A model generated the notes under the pieces. It did no database searches. It was not told the DNA's origin and worked only from the letters and a program-made list of their open reading frames with translations. A stretch of DNA of 64,000 nucleotides from contig CAVRAO010000008.1 in assembly GCA_963719035.1 (NCBI GenBank), forward strand, positions 384,001-448,000, in the 5' to 3' direction. A program made the position numbers and the translations under genes. Position 1 is the stretch's first letter. Each line of letters begins with the position of its first letter. The DNA is from Methanobacteriota archaeon (lineage in GTDB: Archaea; Halobacteriota; Bog-38; Methanoflorentales; Methanoflorentaceae). This document shows, in pieces, positions 1 to 8,240 of this stretch.

Positions 1-92
1 GCGCATTGGCCTTTCTTGTTGTTGTTTCATCTGCGTGCACTACGGCCACAGAAAAAAGTGCTGAGAGAAATCAGAAAACGCCACCCTAAGCG

Positions 93-118
93 CGAATCCT
101 CGTCTTCACACGTCGAAA
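93..118 (+). repeat. Direct-repeat copy 1 containing a tRNA-Val(CAC)-like anticodon arm (att-like remnant)
   Basis: cgaatcct-cgtcttcacacgtcgaaa matches cgaatccttcgtcttcacacggcgaaa at 14494-14520 with one gap and one mismatch. Confidence 0.6.
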
Positions 119-340
119 TTAGTCTTATTTGACCACGAATCACCTTGTCTGATCAAGTGTTCGTCTATATCAGGCGGAGACTCGATCCGCAAAAAGCTAG
201 AGAGAGTTAGCTCAAAAACCAGTTGTTAATGAAAAACTGATGGAAAAACAACATCCTCGTCAAATAACAGGGTCAGAAACCCCGAACAACAATGCGGCCG
301 ATCCATCCTTCAAGAAAAAACTCGATTAAAACAAGTGAGG

Positions 341-628
341 CTATTCGACTTGCCCTAAGGTTGTTACTTCCTTAGGAACTACAACGACCTCGGCGACCGC
401 ACAGTTGCGCTTTATCTCCTTGATTTCAATCTTAACTGAGTCGTTGATCTTTGTGTTTGGAACAAAGACCACAAGCCCGCTAATGCGCGCAATGCCGTCT
501 CCTTGTCTAGCAGTATCTTCAATTTTTACGTCGTGTTTTTCGCCAACGTTCACTGGAGAGTCATTTGACGCTCCTGTGTCGTAACTTCCAAAACTACTGC
601 CGAAACTACTGTTATTCGATTTATACAC
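341..628 (-). CDS. Stand-alone TRAM-domain RNA-binding protein
   Basis: PVNVGEKHDVKIEDTARQGDGIARISGLVVFVP motif; GGAGGTGA SD upstream of GTG. Confidence 0.88.
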   Translation of the reverse strand: MYKSNNSSFGSSFGSYDTGASNDSPVNVGEKHDVKIEDTARQGDGIARISGLVVFVPNTKINDSVKIEIKEIKRNCAVAEVVVVPKEVTTLGQVE

Positions 629-729
629 GTTTCACCTCCTTTTCTTACTGTACAACCATACGTGTGGACCACATATAGTCTTATGCTACGTTGCTAAACA
701 GCCCAATTTGGCGAAATTAGGCATTTTTT

Positions 730-750
730 GCCGTTTTTTAAAAAAACGGC
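730..750. repeat. 21-bp palindrome gccg-T6-a-A6-cggc
   Basis: Read directly; perfect 10-bp arms around one base. Confidence 0.7.
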
Positions 751-845
751 CTTTTTCGAAGTGTTGAAATAGTATTAGTGAGACAGTACGTTGTTCGATC
801 AGGGCCTTAAGGCAGTTATGCCGCTTCACTACTATAGCATGGAAA

Positions 846-892
846 CCGGGTTGTTTATTTCTGATCCGGTATAACGTCTTGGGGCTCTGACC
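846..892 (+). repeat. Dispersed ~48-bp repeat, copy A (inverted copy at 17003-17051)
   Basis: ccgggttgtttatttctgatccggtataacgtcttggggctctgacc versus the reverse complement of 17003-17051, ccgggtttatttctttgcgatcctgtatcaagtcttggggcatttgacc. Confidence 0.6.
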
Positions 893-1126
893 AATGTATC
901 AACTGGGCATTGAGTGGTGTTTTTCATTTGTAAGTCTATCTGTGTCGCGTGCGGCTAATCACCACTATTAAGGGAGCGGCACCGACTGCGTCCACTATTA
1001 TGGTAGCAAGTTCTTAAGTTAAGAGATCGCAATCCCGAACTGGCTAAGGTAGTCTTGATAACTTCCTTCTTTTTCGACGTATCAAACGTGCGCAGCTATA
1101 AGCGATCACCCGCCGTTGTACCTTTG

Positions 1127-1429
1127 ATGAAAGAGAGAACAAAAACAGAACAAGACGAGACAAGCGGCGTCGCTGTCAGTACGAAGAATGTAACTAGTAA
1201 GAAAACTGAAATCGGCAACACAGAACAGACGGCCAACATGCTCAAAGATGAGATTAAAGCGCTTGACGGTGAGCAACGCGCAGCAGTCATACTAGAGGCT
1301 AGCTTGAAACATGGGGAGACAAAGCGCATCTTAGAGCTAGCAGACACGACGCTTCAGCAGCTAGATGCCACTATCGCGGATAGTTATGCTCAGTTTCGAC
1401 GCACAACGGGTTTGACTGCGTTAGATTAG
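1127..1429 (+). CDS. Hypothetical helical protein
   Basis: ORF from ATG 1127 (track start 1055); T-rich tract downstream. Confidence 0.55.
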   Translation: MKERTKTEQDETSGVAVSTKNVTSKKTEIGNTEQTANMLKDEIKALDGEQRAAVILEASLKHGETKRILELADTTLQQLDATIADSYAQFRRTTGLTALD

Positions 1430-1524
1430 AAAAGACGCCGCAGCCGGTTCGAAAAATTTAGGTCGGCTCTTTTTTTCTTTTTCCTACAGGTCGCTAATAA
1501 GCGTTTGTGGAGAGACGTGCGCAG
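1409..1524 (+). repeat. Bipartite direct repeat, copy 1 (gene 3' end plus terminator region)
   Basis: 22-bp ggtttgactgcgttagattaga (1409-1430) and 21-bp taagcgtttgtggagagacgt (1498-1518) are identical at 12098-12119 and 12174-12194. Confidence 0.8.
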
Positions 1525-1635
1525 AGGATAAGGCATAAAAGAGCCCCTTTAGCTATTTCTCGGAAGAAGATGTAGCAGCTTAATAATAGTAGCGCACCCA
1601 TCATCGCATTATCAACGTGCGGAGGTCGGTAAAAT

Positions 1636-1842
1636 ATGGGCGGAATAGACAGAGATGACTTAAAAAAGGTATTGGAAGCGTTGAGCAAGAAGAACGCGCT
1701 GCACGATGGCGATATCATCGAGGTCATTAAAGAAGGCGAACAAGACCCAACCAGGGTTGCGATTTCTGTAATTGATGATGAAGCGAAGTGTAACCAATGC
1801 GGGCCGCCGACGCCGCGCAAAAATAAGCAGCAAACCCATTGA
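1636..1842 (+). CDS. Small hypothetical protein with C-terminal CxxC
   Basis: GGAGGT SD upstream; 68 aa. Confidence 0.55.
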   Translation: MGGIDRDDLKKVLEALSKKNALHDGDIIEVIKEGEQDPTRVAISVIDDEAKCNQCGPPTPRKNKQQTH

Positions 1843-1956
1843 GCCGCCGCACGATAAGCGCACGTGTTAGTCCTGTACGGCGCCAAATGTATAAAGTGCA
1901 GCGCATACAATAACGGTTTTGCTATTCGCTTAGCCATCGGTTAGGAGGCGCTGATT

Positions 1957-2100
1957 ATGGCGACGATGATACCGCAATGTTATTTCTGTAAGCTCCACGA
2001 GAAAGGTATAAAATGTGCTAAATATGACCAAATCGCCCCCGAAATATTGGTTAACCTAATGAAGTGCACATTTAAGGAAGATACCGACCCGGAGGAGTAA
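1957..2100 (+). CDS. 47-aa Cys-rich microprotein (not in ORF track)
   Basis: MATMIPQCYFCKLHEKGIKCAKYDQIAPEILVNLMKCTFKEDTDPEE; AGGAGG SD; Cys pattern shared with 12508-12792. Confidence 0.6.
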   Translation: MATMIPQCYFCKLHEKGIKCAKYDQIAPEILVNLMKCTFKEDTDPEE

Positions 2101-2186
2101 ACGATGACGATAATAGAGAGCGTAGTAAAATATGGCTTTTATACCCCCCTCAGATACATGTGCGTTCTTAAATAAGAGATGGGCAA

Positions 2187-2360
2187 TTGTGCAAAAATTG
2201 CGGCGCACCTATCGGTCTCGATTCAGTGCATTGCAAAGAATGTAGTCAAATGATCTCGCAAAGCGCGCCCTGTGGTGAAGGTGTGCAAAGCGATAAAGAA
2301 GCTGACGATCGCGTTTTTTTCCCATTTGTAATAAATGCGTTCACTATCATTGTAAGCTGA
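2187..2360 (+). CDS. Zinc-ribbon microprotein or remnant (not in ORF track)
   Basis: TTG start then CKNCGAPIGLDSVHCKEC (CxxC-x10-CxxC); 57 aa. Confidence 0.4.
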   Translation: MCKNCGAPIGLDSVHCKECSQMISQSAPCGEGVQSDKEADDRVFFPFVINAFTIIVS

Positions 2361-2590
2361 GTGGGAATGTAACCTGCGATACATACTTGCACCGCATATC
2401 ACCGGAGATACTAAACGGCGACAAAATGCGACCAATGGAGAGGTGAAGAAGGCTGAGAAACCCGCCCCATTTTGACAACGGAGGCTTTTAGCGCCTACCA
2501 ACGCTAACGTTAATTAATTAAGCGCATATAACTTTGTGGCTTTGCATCCGAAAAACGGTGCTGTGCACCTTTATAATGAGGTACCTGGAC

Positions 2591-2890
2591 ATGACCACCA
2601 CCACGATCACCGCCTCGAACCAGTATCCGGCCGTCGACTCCGCAGCGACCTTCACTGTCACCCTGAGGGAGGGCGCCGCCGGGCTGTCAAAGCCGGTCAG
2701 GATCTGGCATATCCTGCCTAACGGAGAACTACACGAGAACGGAACACACGACACCGGCGTAGGCGGGATCTACACGTTCACTCATAAGTATGCTTCCGCA
2801 GGCCAACGCGTCTATTACGCCGAGTTTGCCGGCGACGGTATGTATGCTCCCTCGCGCGGTTCCGTGACTGTGAACGTTGGCTCAAGGTAG
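2591..2890 (+). CDS. Single Ig-like beta-sandwich domain protein
   Basis: TTTITAS...FTVTL...YTFT...YYAEFAGD..Y..S...VTVNV pattern; SD-like GAGGT before ATG 2591. Confidence 0.6.
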   Translation: MTTTTITASNQYPAVDSAATFTVTLREGAAGLSKPVRIWHILPNGELHENGTHDTGVGGIYTFTHKYASAGQRVYYAEFAGDGMYAPSRGSVTVNVGSR

Positions 2891-3026
2891 TGATAAACGC
2901 GTGGCCGTTGTTATTGCTGTTTTACTGACCGTACCCCTCCTTTTTTATGATTGAGCTCATCGATGTAGACACCCGGAAACTACCTTGACCTCCCTATTCA
3001 AGGACCAAACCAGGATTTGAAGAGCG

Positions 3027-4109
3027 ATGAACACGTCAGAGATCCTCAGGCTCCGTCTTTATAATTCTGGTCTGAGTCATTCCCCGTTCGAAAATGCCGT
3101 CGATGCAGTCTCCTACCTGGGGGCGGTCCAAGCTCAGGATTTTCCTGCCGCACAATGGGGGCTCGGGCTTCGTGTCAGGAATTCGACCGGCAAAGAGATC
3201 GAGAGTGCGTTTAATGATGGCAAAATCCTGCGTGTTCACGTCATGCGTCCCACTTGGCATTTTGTCCTGCCAGAGGATATCCGCTGGATGCTTGAGTTGA
3301 CCGCACCGCGCGTGAAATCACTTCTCAAAAATTACAATCGGAAACTCGGCCTCGATGAGGCGTTGTTTACCAGGAGCAACGCCGCGATCATCAATGCACT
3401 GGACGGGCACAGTTATCTCACGAGGCAGGAACTCAAGGCCATATTGGCAGACGCAGGTATCGAAACTGACGTTCAGCGCCTGGCCCATATTATCACCCAG
3501 GCGGAGCTCGATGGATTGATCTGCAGCGGACCACGGCGCGGGAAACAATTTACCTATGCCCTGCTGGATGAACGCGTGGAGGAATCGGACAGGCCAGATC
3601 GGGAACAATCACTTGCAAAACTGGCATTCAAATATTTTACTAGCCACGGCCCAGCCCAGCTGAAGGACTTCTCTTGGTGGTCAGGGCTTGCCGCAAAAGA
3701 TGCACGAACGGCCCTTGATATGGTCAAATCAGGGCTGAATCAGGCGATATTTGATAAGAAGACCTATTGGTTCCCCCCTTTTGCAGAGGCTGTGATTCCC
3801 GATCGACCCTCTGCATTATTGCTGTCGGTTTATGACGAATACTCAGTCGCCTATCACGACAGGAGCGATATCAGTGAAGCGCGATATATTGAGCGGATGA
3901 TAGCCATGGGAAATGCCCTGACTGCCGTCATTGTCCTGAACGGGAGGGTGGCAGGGACGTGGAAGAAAGCCTTGAAAAAAGATTCAGTGGAAATCAGGCT
4001 GAAACCTTTCCGGAAACTGGACAAGGATGCGCAGGAAGCAGTTGAGGCAGAGGTTAAACGATACGGAAAGTTCTTTGGGTTACCGGCGGTGATCGTTGAG
4101 GGACTTTGA
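3027..4109 (+). CDS. AlkZ-like (HTH_42) winged-helix DNA glycosylase
   Basis: VQAQD (QxQ) motif, MRPTWH, YFTSHGPA..KDFSWWSGL, LLSVYDEY, GRVAGTW. Confidence 0.85.
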   Translation: MNTSEILRLRLYNSGLSHSPFENAVDAVSYLGAVQAQDFPAAQWGLGLRVRNSTGKEIESAFNDGKILRVHVMRPTWHFVLPEDIRWMLELTAPRVKSLLKNYNRKLGLDEALFTRSNAAIINALDGHSYLTRQELKAILADAGIETDVQRLAHIITQAELDGLICSGPRRGKQFTYALLDERVEESDRPDREQSLAKLAFKYFTSHGPAQLKDFSWWSGLAAKDARTALDMVKSGLNQAIFDKKTYWFPPFAEAVIPDRPSALLLSVYDEYSVAYHDRSDISEARYIERMIAMGNALTAVIVLNGRVAGTWKKALKKDSVEIRLKPFRKLDKDAQEAVEAEVKRYGKFFGLPAVIVEGL

Positions 4110-4170
4110 ATCGTGCATCGAAAGCAGGGTTACCGTCTCCTATTGCCGTGCTGAGGTTATGGCGGGGGGA

Positions 4171-5733
4171 TCAGTCTTTCTGAGGTGGTGATGGCTCAGG
4201 ACAGAATGTCTTCTCGATGACCATGGTCCGGTTGTACGGGAGCTTGGCGAGGATCATGCCCTCGATGGTGATGGGGTTCAACTTGCGGGACAGCTCCACA
4301 GCCTGGTCCAGCTTGGCCTGGATGTCGGCGTAGATGGTCAGCACCGGCTCCCCCTCGTCGACGCGGTCCCCTCGCTTCTTATGGAGCAGAACGCCCGCCC
4401 CCTTGTCCCGGGGAGACCCGGCGGCGCGAGCCAACGCGACCAGCTCCTTGTTGTGGATGGCATTGACGTAGCCACACATCTTGGCCGTGATATCGAAGCT
4501 GTACTGCCCAATCTTGATGTCCGTGGACCTGATGTTGGGGTCTCCACCCTGCGCGGCCACGATCTCCCTGAACTTGTCCAGGGCCTTGCCTGACATAAGC
4601 AGCTCCCGGGCCTTGGCCTCTCCACGCTTCATCCCGCCCATCTCTAGCAACATGCCGGCCACTCCGCAGGCCTTCTCGATGACGCTGTTGGGATGCTTCT
4701 CGCCCTCTAGTATGGCGATGGCCTCCCTTGCCTCCAAGGCCGGGCCGATAGCCCGCCCCACCGGCTGCCCACCGTAGGTGATGGCACACTCCACGCGGAT
4801 GCCCAGCCTTTCACCCAGGTCGACGAAGTCCTTGGCGTACACCGTCGCCTTCTCCATGGTGGGCACCTTGGTCTCCGCGCCCATCGGGATATCAATGACC
4901 AGGTATTCCGCCCCCACCGCCTTCTTCTTGCTCATGACTGAGGCCAGGAGCTGGGCGTGGGGATCGATGCCGAGCGGATACTCCACTCTAATGATGAGGT
5001 CATCGGCCGGGGCGAGGTTCACCGATCCGCCCCAGACCAATGCCCCTCCCGTGGTCTCCGCGATGCTGCGAAGCTTGTTACCGTCGAAGTCCACTCTGGC
5101 GAACACCTCCACGATGTCGGAGGTACCCGCCGCCGAGCTGATGGCCCGGGAGGAGGTCTTGGGGATCAGCAGTCCGGCTGCCGCGACTATCGGGACCACG
5201 ATCAGGGTGATCTTGTTGCCCGGACATCCTCCGACGGAATGGAAGTCGAACACCGGGGAACGGTCGAACTCGACCGTCTCTCCGGTTTCTACCATCGCCT
5301 TGGTCAGGTCGGCGGTTTCCCGCAAGTTCATCCCGTTGGTGTAGAGCGAGGCGACATACGCGGTCAGTTCGATATTGCTGAGGTTGTGGGAGGAGATATC
5401 GCCGATGATCGCCCGGATCTCCTCGGTGGTCAGCTCCTCACCGTCGAGCTTCTTTTTGATAAACTCGATCGATTCGGGTTTGGACGTCGCCACCACCTCG
5501 ATGAGCTCGTCGGGCTCTGGTCCGAGCGCGGACCACGCCTTGCCCAGGATCCCCACCTCCCCCTCATTCACCACCGTGTCAGTGGTTTGCACCACGGTCA
5601 CCGCGGAGCTGCGCTCGTGCTTGATGCGCACCCTGTCCTGTTCCCTTACTCCGATCTCCAGGGCATTCTCAATATGGAGGACAACGGTGAATTCCGAGGA
5701 TTCCATATCGATGTACTTCGCCTTGAGCTGCAT
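4171..5733 (-). CDS. deoA: AMP phosphorylase (thymidine phosphorylase family)
   Basis: DFHSVGGCPGNK, PKTSSRAISSAAGTSD, GGQPVGRAIGPALEA; clustered with RuBisCO and R15P isomerase. Confidence 0.93.
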   Translation of the reverse strand: MQLKAKYIDMESSEFTVVLHIENALEIGVREQDRVRIKHERSSAVTVVQTTDTVVNEGEVGILGKAWSALGPEPDELIEVVATSKPESIEFIKKKLDGEELTTEEIRAIIGDISSHNLSNIELTAYVASLYTNGMNLRETADLTKAMVETGETVEFDRSPVFDFHSVGGCPGNKITLIVVPIVAAAGLLIPKTSSRAISSAAGTSDIVEVFARVDFDGNKLRSIAETTGGALVWGGSVNLAPADDLIIRVEYPLGIDPHAQLLASVMSKKKAVGAEYLVIDIPMGAETKVPTMEKATVYAKDFVDLGERLGIRVECAITYGGQPVGRAIGPALEAREAIAILEGEKHPNSVIEKACGVAGMLLEMGGMKRGEAKARELLMSGKALDKFREIVAAQGGDPNIRSTDIKIGQYSFDITAKMCGYVNAIHNKELVALARAAGSPRDKGAGVLLHKKRGDRVDEGEPVLTIYADIQAKLDQAVELSRKLNPITIEGMILAKLPYNRTMVIEKTFCPEPSPPQKD

Positions 5734-5735
5734 GT

Positions 5736-6974
5736 TTATCCCCACTTTTTAATCGCTTCTCGGAGATCCGGATGACTCTTGGAATATTCCAAGAGCGGTA
5801 TCCCCTGGTATACCGCGTCGACCGCCTGTACCATGGCCCGAGCCCCGGCCCGGACCCCTCCAGGGTGTCCGGCAACGCCCCCTCCCGCTTGAATCTGAAC
5901 ATCGGTGCCGGTGATCTTCGCCAACGGCTCGATGAGCGCGGGGTGCATCCCGCCGGAGCAGACTGGCATCACTTTCTCGTACGGAAGCTCCGGCCCGACG
6001 CATGCGCGCTGGTTGGCGAGGTCTTCAGCAGCGCTGCTCTTCATCTTCCCCACCCCGAATGTCCCTACGTGCAGGGCATCCCCACCGCACATGCGGACCA
6101 GTTTGGAGAAAACTGCCATCGATACCCCCAGGTCCTTATTGCGGGTAATGGCGCCGTGCATGGTGCGGTGGACATGGATAGGGAGCTGGATGGAGGGGTC
6201 CTCGGCGAGCGCCTGGACCGCGGCGAAACCGCACGTGAACACATCGACCATAAGCTCCGAAGCCCCCAGTTCCTGGGCGCGTTCAGCGACTTCTAGGACC
6301 CGGTCTCCCCTGGTGGAGACGTTGATGGCGTGCATCATAACGTGCCCCGTCTCCGCCTTGACCCGGTCGATGGCCTCGGCGATGGCGACCACCCTGTCCT
6401 CCAGCGGGCAGAACCTCTGGTTGGATAACGTCTCGTCATCCTTGCCGTTGGTCAGCCCCCCCATTCCAGCCTCGTACACGAAGTCGGCCGTGTCATGGGG
6501 AGGCAGCCCGATCTTCGGCTTGACGATCGTACCTACCAGAGGCTTGTCCGGTCTCTTGAGGGCCTTCCTCAACCCAGGGATGCCGAACTTGGGACCCTTG
6601 AACGCGTGCAGCATGCCGCGGGGGAACTCCACGTCCTCCAGACGCACACCCTTCAGCCCCTCTAGGCCAAACAGGTTCCCCGCAATGACGCTCAGGATCT
6701 GGGGCACCCCCCCGATGTCTAGGCTGAAATCGTCCTCCGGGTAGGCGATGGTCGCGACGTTGCCCTTGATGTCGATGACCCGTCCATGGTATCGCTTGAA
6801 GATCTCATCGTTGAGGGTGGAGATGCCCGTCCAGGTCCCCGTGGACTGCTCGGTGGCGACGGCCGCCGCGGCGAGCCTGATGTCCATGTCGGTCGTGATC
6901 TTGTATGTGCAGATGACATGGGCATCGGGGTCGACGTGCTCTCCCAGGTGCAGATATTTCTCCGAATATTCCAT
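5736..6974 (-). CDS. rbcL: Form III-type RuBisCO large subunit
   Basis: EQSTGT, GNLFG, GTIVKPKIG, KDDE, HVHRTMH, LHVGT..GKM, SGG and QAGGG all retained. Confidence 0.9.
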   Translation of the reverse strand: MEYSEKYLHLGEHVDPDAHVICTYKITTDMDIRLAAAAVATEQSTGTWTGISTLNDEIFKRYHGRVIDIKGNVATIAYPEDDFSLDIGGVPQILSVIAGNLFGLEGLKGVRLEDVEFPRGMLHAFKGPKFGIPGLRKALKRPDKPLVGTIVKPKIGLPPHDTADFVYEAGMGGLTNGKDDETLSNQRFCPLEDRVVAIAEAIDRVKAETGHVMMHAINVSTRGDRVLEVAERAQELGASELMVDVFTCGFAAVQALAEDPSIQLPIHVHRTMHGAITRNKDLGVSMAVFSKLVRMCGGDALHVGTFGVGKMKSSAAEDLANQRACVGPELPYEKVMPVCSGGMHPALIEPLAKITGTDVQIQAGGGVAGHPGGVRAGARAMVQAVDAVYQGIPLLEYSKSHPDLREAIKKWG

Positions 6975-6976
6975 GT

Positions 6977-7930
6977 TCAACCCTCGTTGGCCTCGAAGAT
7001 GGACTCCTGTCCGAGTTCCCTGACTATTACCTCGTAAGCGGCATAGGGGGAGATCAGCCCGATCTCGGTGACGATGGAATCGATGTGCTCGGCGGGAGTG
7101 GAGTCGAAGACCGGGTTTCGGACTTTTACCCCAGCCGGCAACTGGTGGGGGTCCACGATCTCGCTGGCGTCCCGTTCCTCGATCTCTACGAGCTCCCCCA
7201 TGACGGTCTTAGGGGAGAACTTGTAGGTCTCCGCGCAGACGATGAACGGTACCCTTACCTCCTCAGCGGCCATGGCTATCTGGGAGGTGCCGATCTTGTT
7301 AATGAGCGCTCCGTTGGAGCAGATGGTGTCCGCCCCCACCAGCACGATGTCGACCTCCTTCATGATCCAGCGCACCGCGCTGTCGACGATAAGTGTAGAG
7401 GGGATCTGGGCGGCGGAGAGGTCCCTCACCGTCAGCAGCCCCTGCCTCCACGGGCGGGACTCGGTGGCATAGACGCTGATGTCCTTGCCATCGGCGTGGG
7501 CGGCCTTGATGACGCTCAGCGCGGCCTTGCTGTTGCAATGGGTGAGGACGGTCATCCCGCTCTTCAACCGCTTAGAGCCTATCCGCCCAATGGTCTCGAC
7601 GGCCTTACTCGACCGTTCTATGAAACGGTCGGCGTTGGATATCACCAAGGCGCGAAGCTCTTCCGTCTCCCTCGCCTTGGACGTCCCCCTCAAGGTGGCC
7701 TGGACCGCGTTCCAGAGCGATATGGCGGTGGGCCGGGAGCAGATGAGCGCCCTCCTGCCCTCCTCCAGACGCCGATGCAGTTCCGCGAGGTCATCGCCCT
7801 GATATTCCTGGGCCTGCTCCCGGAGCGCTTCAGCTGCGCTCCTGGCGATCAGCCCAGCTCCCCTGAGCTCCATGCTTTTGATAGATTCAGTGATCTCGAT
7901 CAATCCCAAGGCAACACCGTCCTTGTCCAC
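6977..7930 (-). CDS. Ribose-1,5-bisphosphate isomerase (eIF2B family)
   Basis: LRGAG, SRPTAISL, THCNS, ESRPWRQG, VGAD, NKIGT, NPVFD. Confidence 0.92.
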   Translation of the reverse strand: MDKDGVALGLIEITESIKSMELRGAGLIARSAAEALREQAQEYQGDDLAELHRRLEEGRRALICSRPTAISLWNAVQATLRGTSKARETEELRALVISNADRFIERSSKAVETIGRIGSKRLKSGMTVLTHCNSKAALSVIKAAHADGKDISVYATESRPWRQGLLTVRDLSAAQIPSTLIVDSAVRWIMKEVDIVLVGADTICSNGALINKIGTSQIAMAAEEVRVPFIVCAETYKFSPKTVMGELVEIEERDASEIVDPHQLPAGVKVRNPVFDSTPAEHIDSIVTEIGLISPYAAYEVIVRELGQESIFEANEG

Positions 7931-7982
7931 ATGAACTCAGTGGCACGACATATAGTTTAGCGGTCCGACGGTCAAACACTTT

Positions 7983-8158
7983 CCGTATCTGGTGGCGGTT
8001 GAGGAGAGCAGGAACGCCGCTTCGGTCCTTGGACTGGATGGAGGGATCGTAGGATCGCTAGCCAAGCCACACAGGGACTCTCGGTTAACTTCCCAGTGAG
8101 GACGAACGACGGTACCATCAAGGTGTTCGCCGGTTACTAAATCCAGCACAACAATGCC
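7983..8158 (+). pseudogene. gdhA: Glutamate dehydrogenase N-terminal remnant
   Basis: PYLVAVEESRNAASVLGLDGGIVGSLAKPHR, frameshift, LSVNFPVRTNDGTIKVFAGY*IQHNNA; matches the GDH P.REL.V.FPVR.DDG...F.GYR.QHNNA motif; stop at 8138-8140; truncated. Confidence 0.8.
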
Positions 8159-8216
8159 GTTCTAGTACATTCATGGCGCCTTCGCAACGCGAAGGTACAC
8201 AAATGATCGATTTCTA

Positions 8217-8239
8217 GAGCCCGCTTTCGAAGCGGCCTC
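8217..8239. terminator. GC-rich hairpin just downstream of the 1235-aa gene
   Basis: Near-perfect inverted repeat gagcccgctttcgaagcggcctc; no clear U-tail. Confidence 0.4.
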
Positions 8240-8240
8240 G

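Noticed and set aside
4338-7960. Long antisense or alternate-frame ORFs (4957-5775, 5905-6744, 7085-7960 and others)
   Set aside because: Shadows of GC-rich genes with strong codon bias; no motifs or ribosome-binding sites
7937-8149. 70-aa minus-strand ORF
   Set aside because: Antisense of the gdhA remnant
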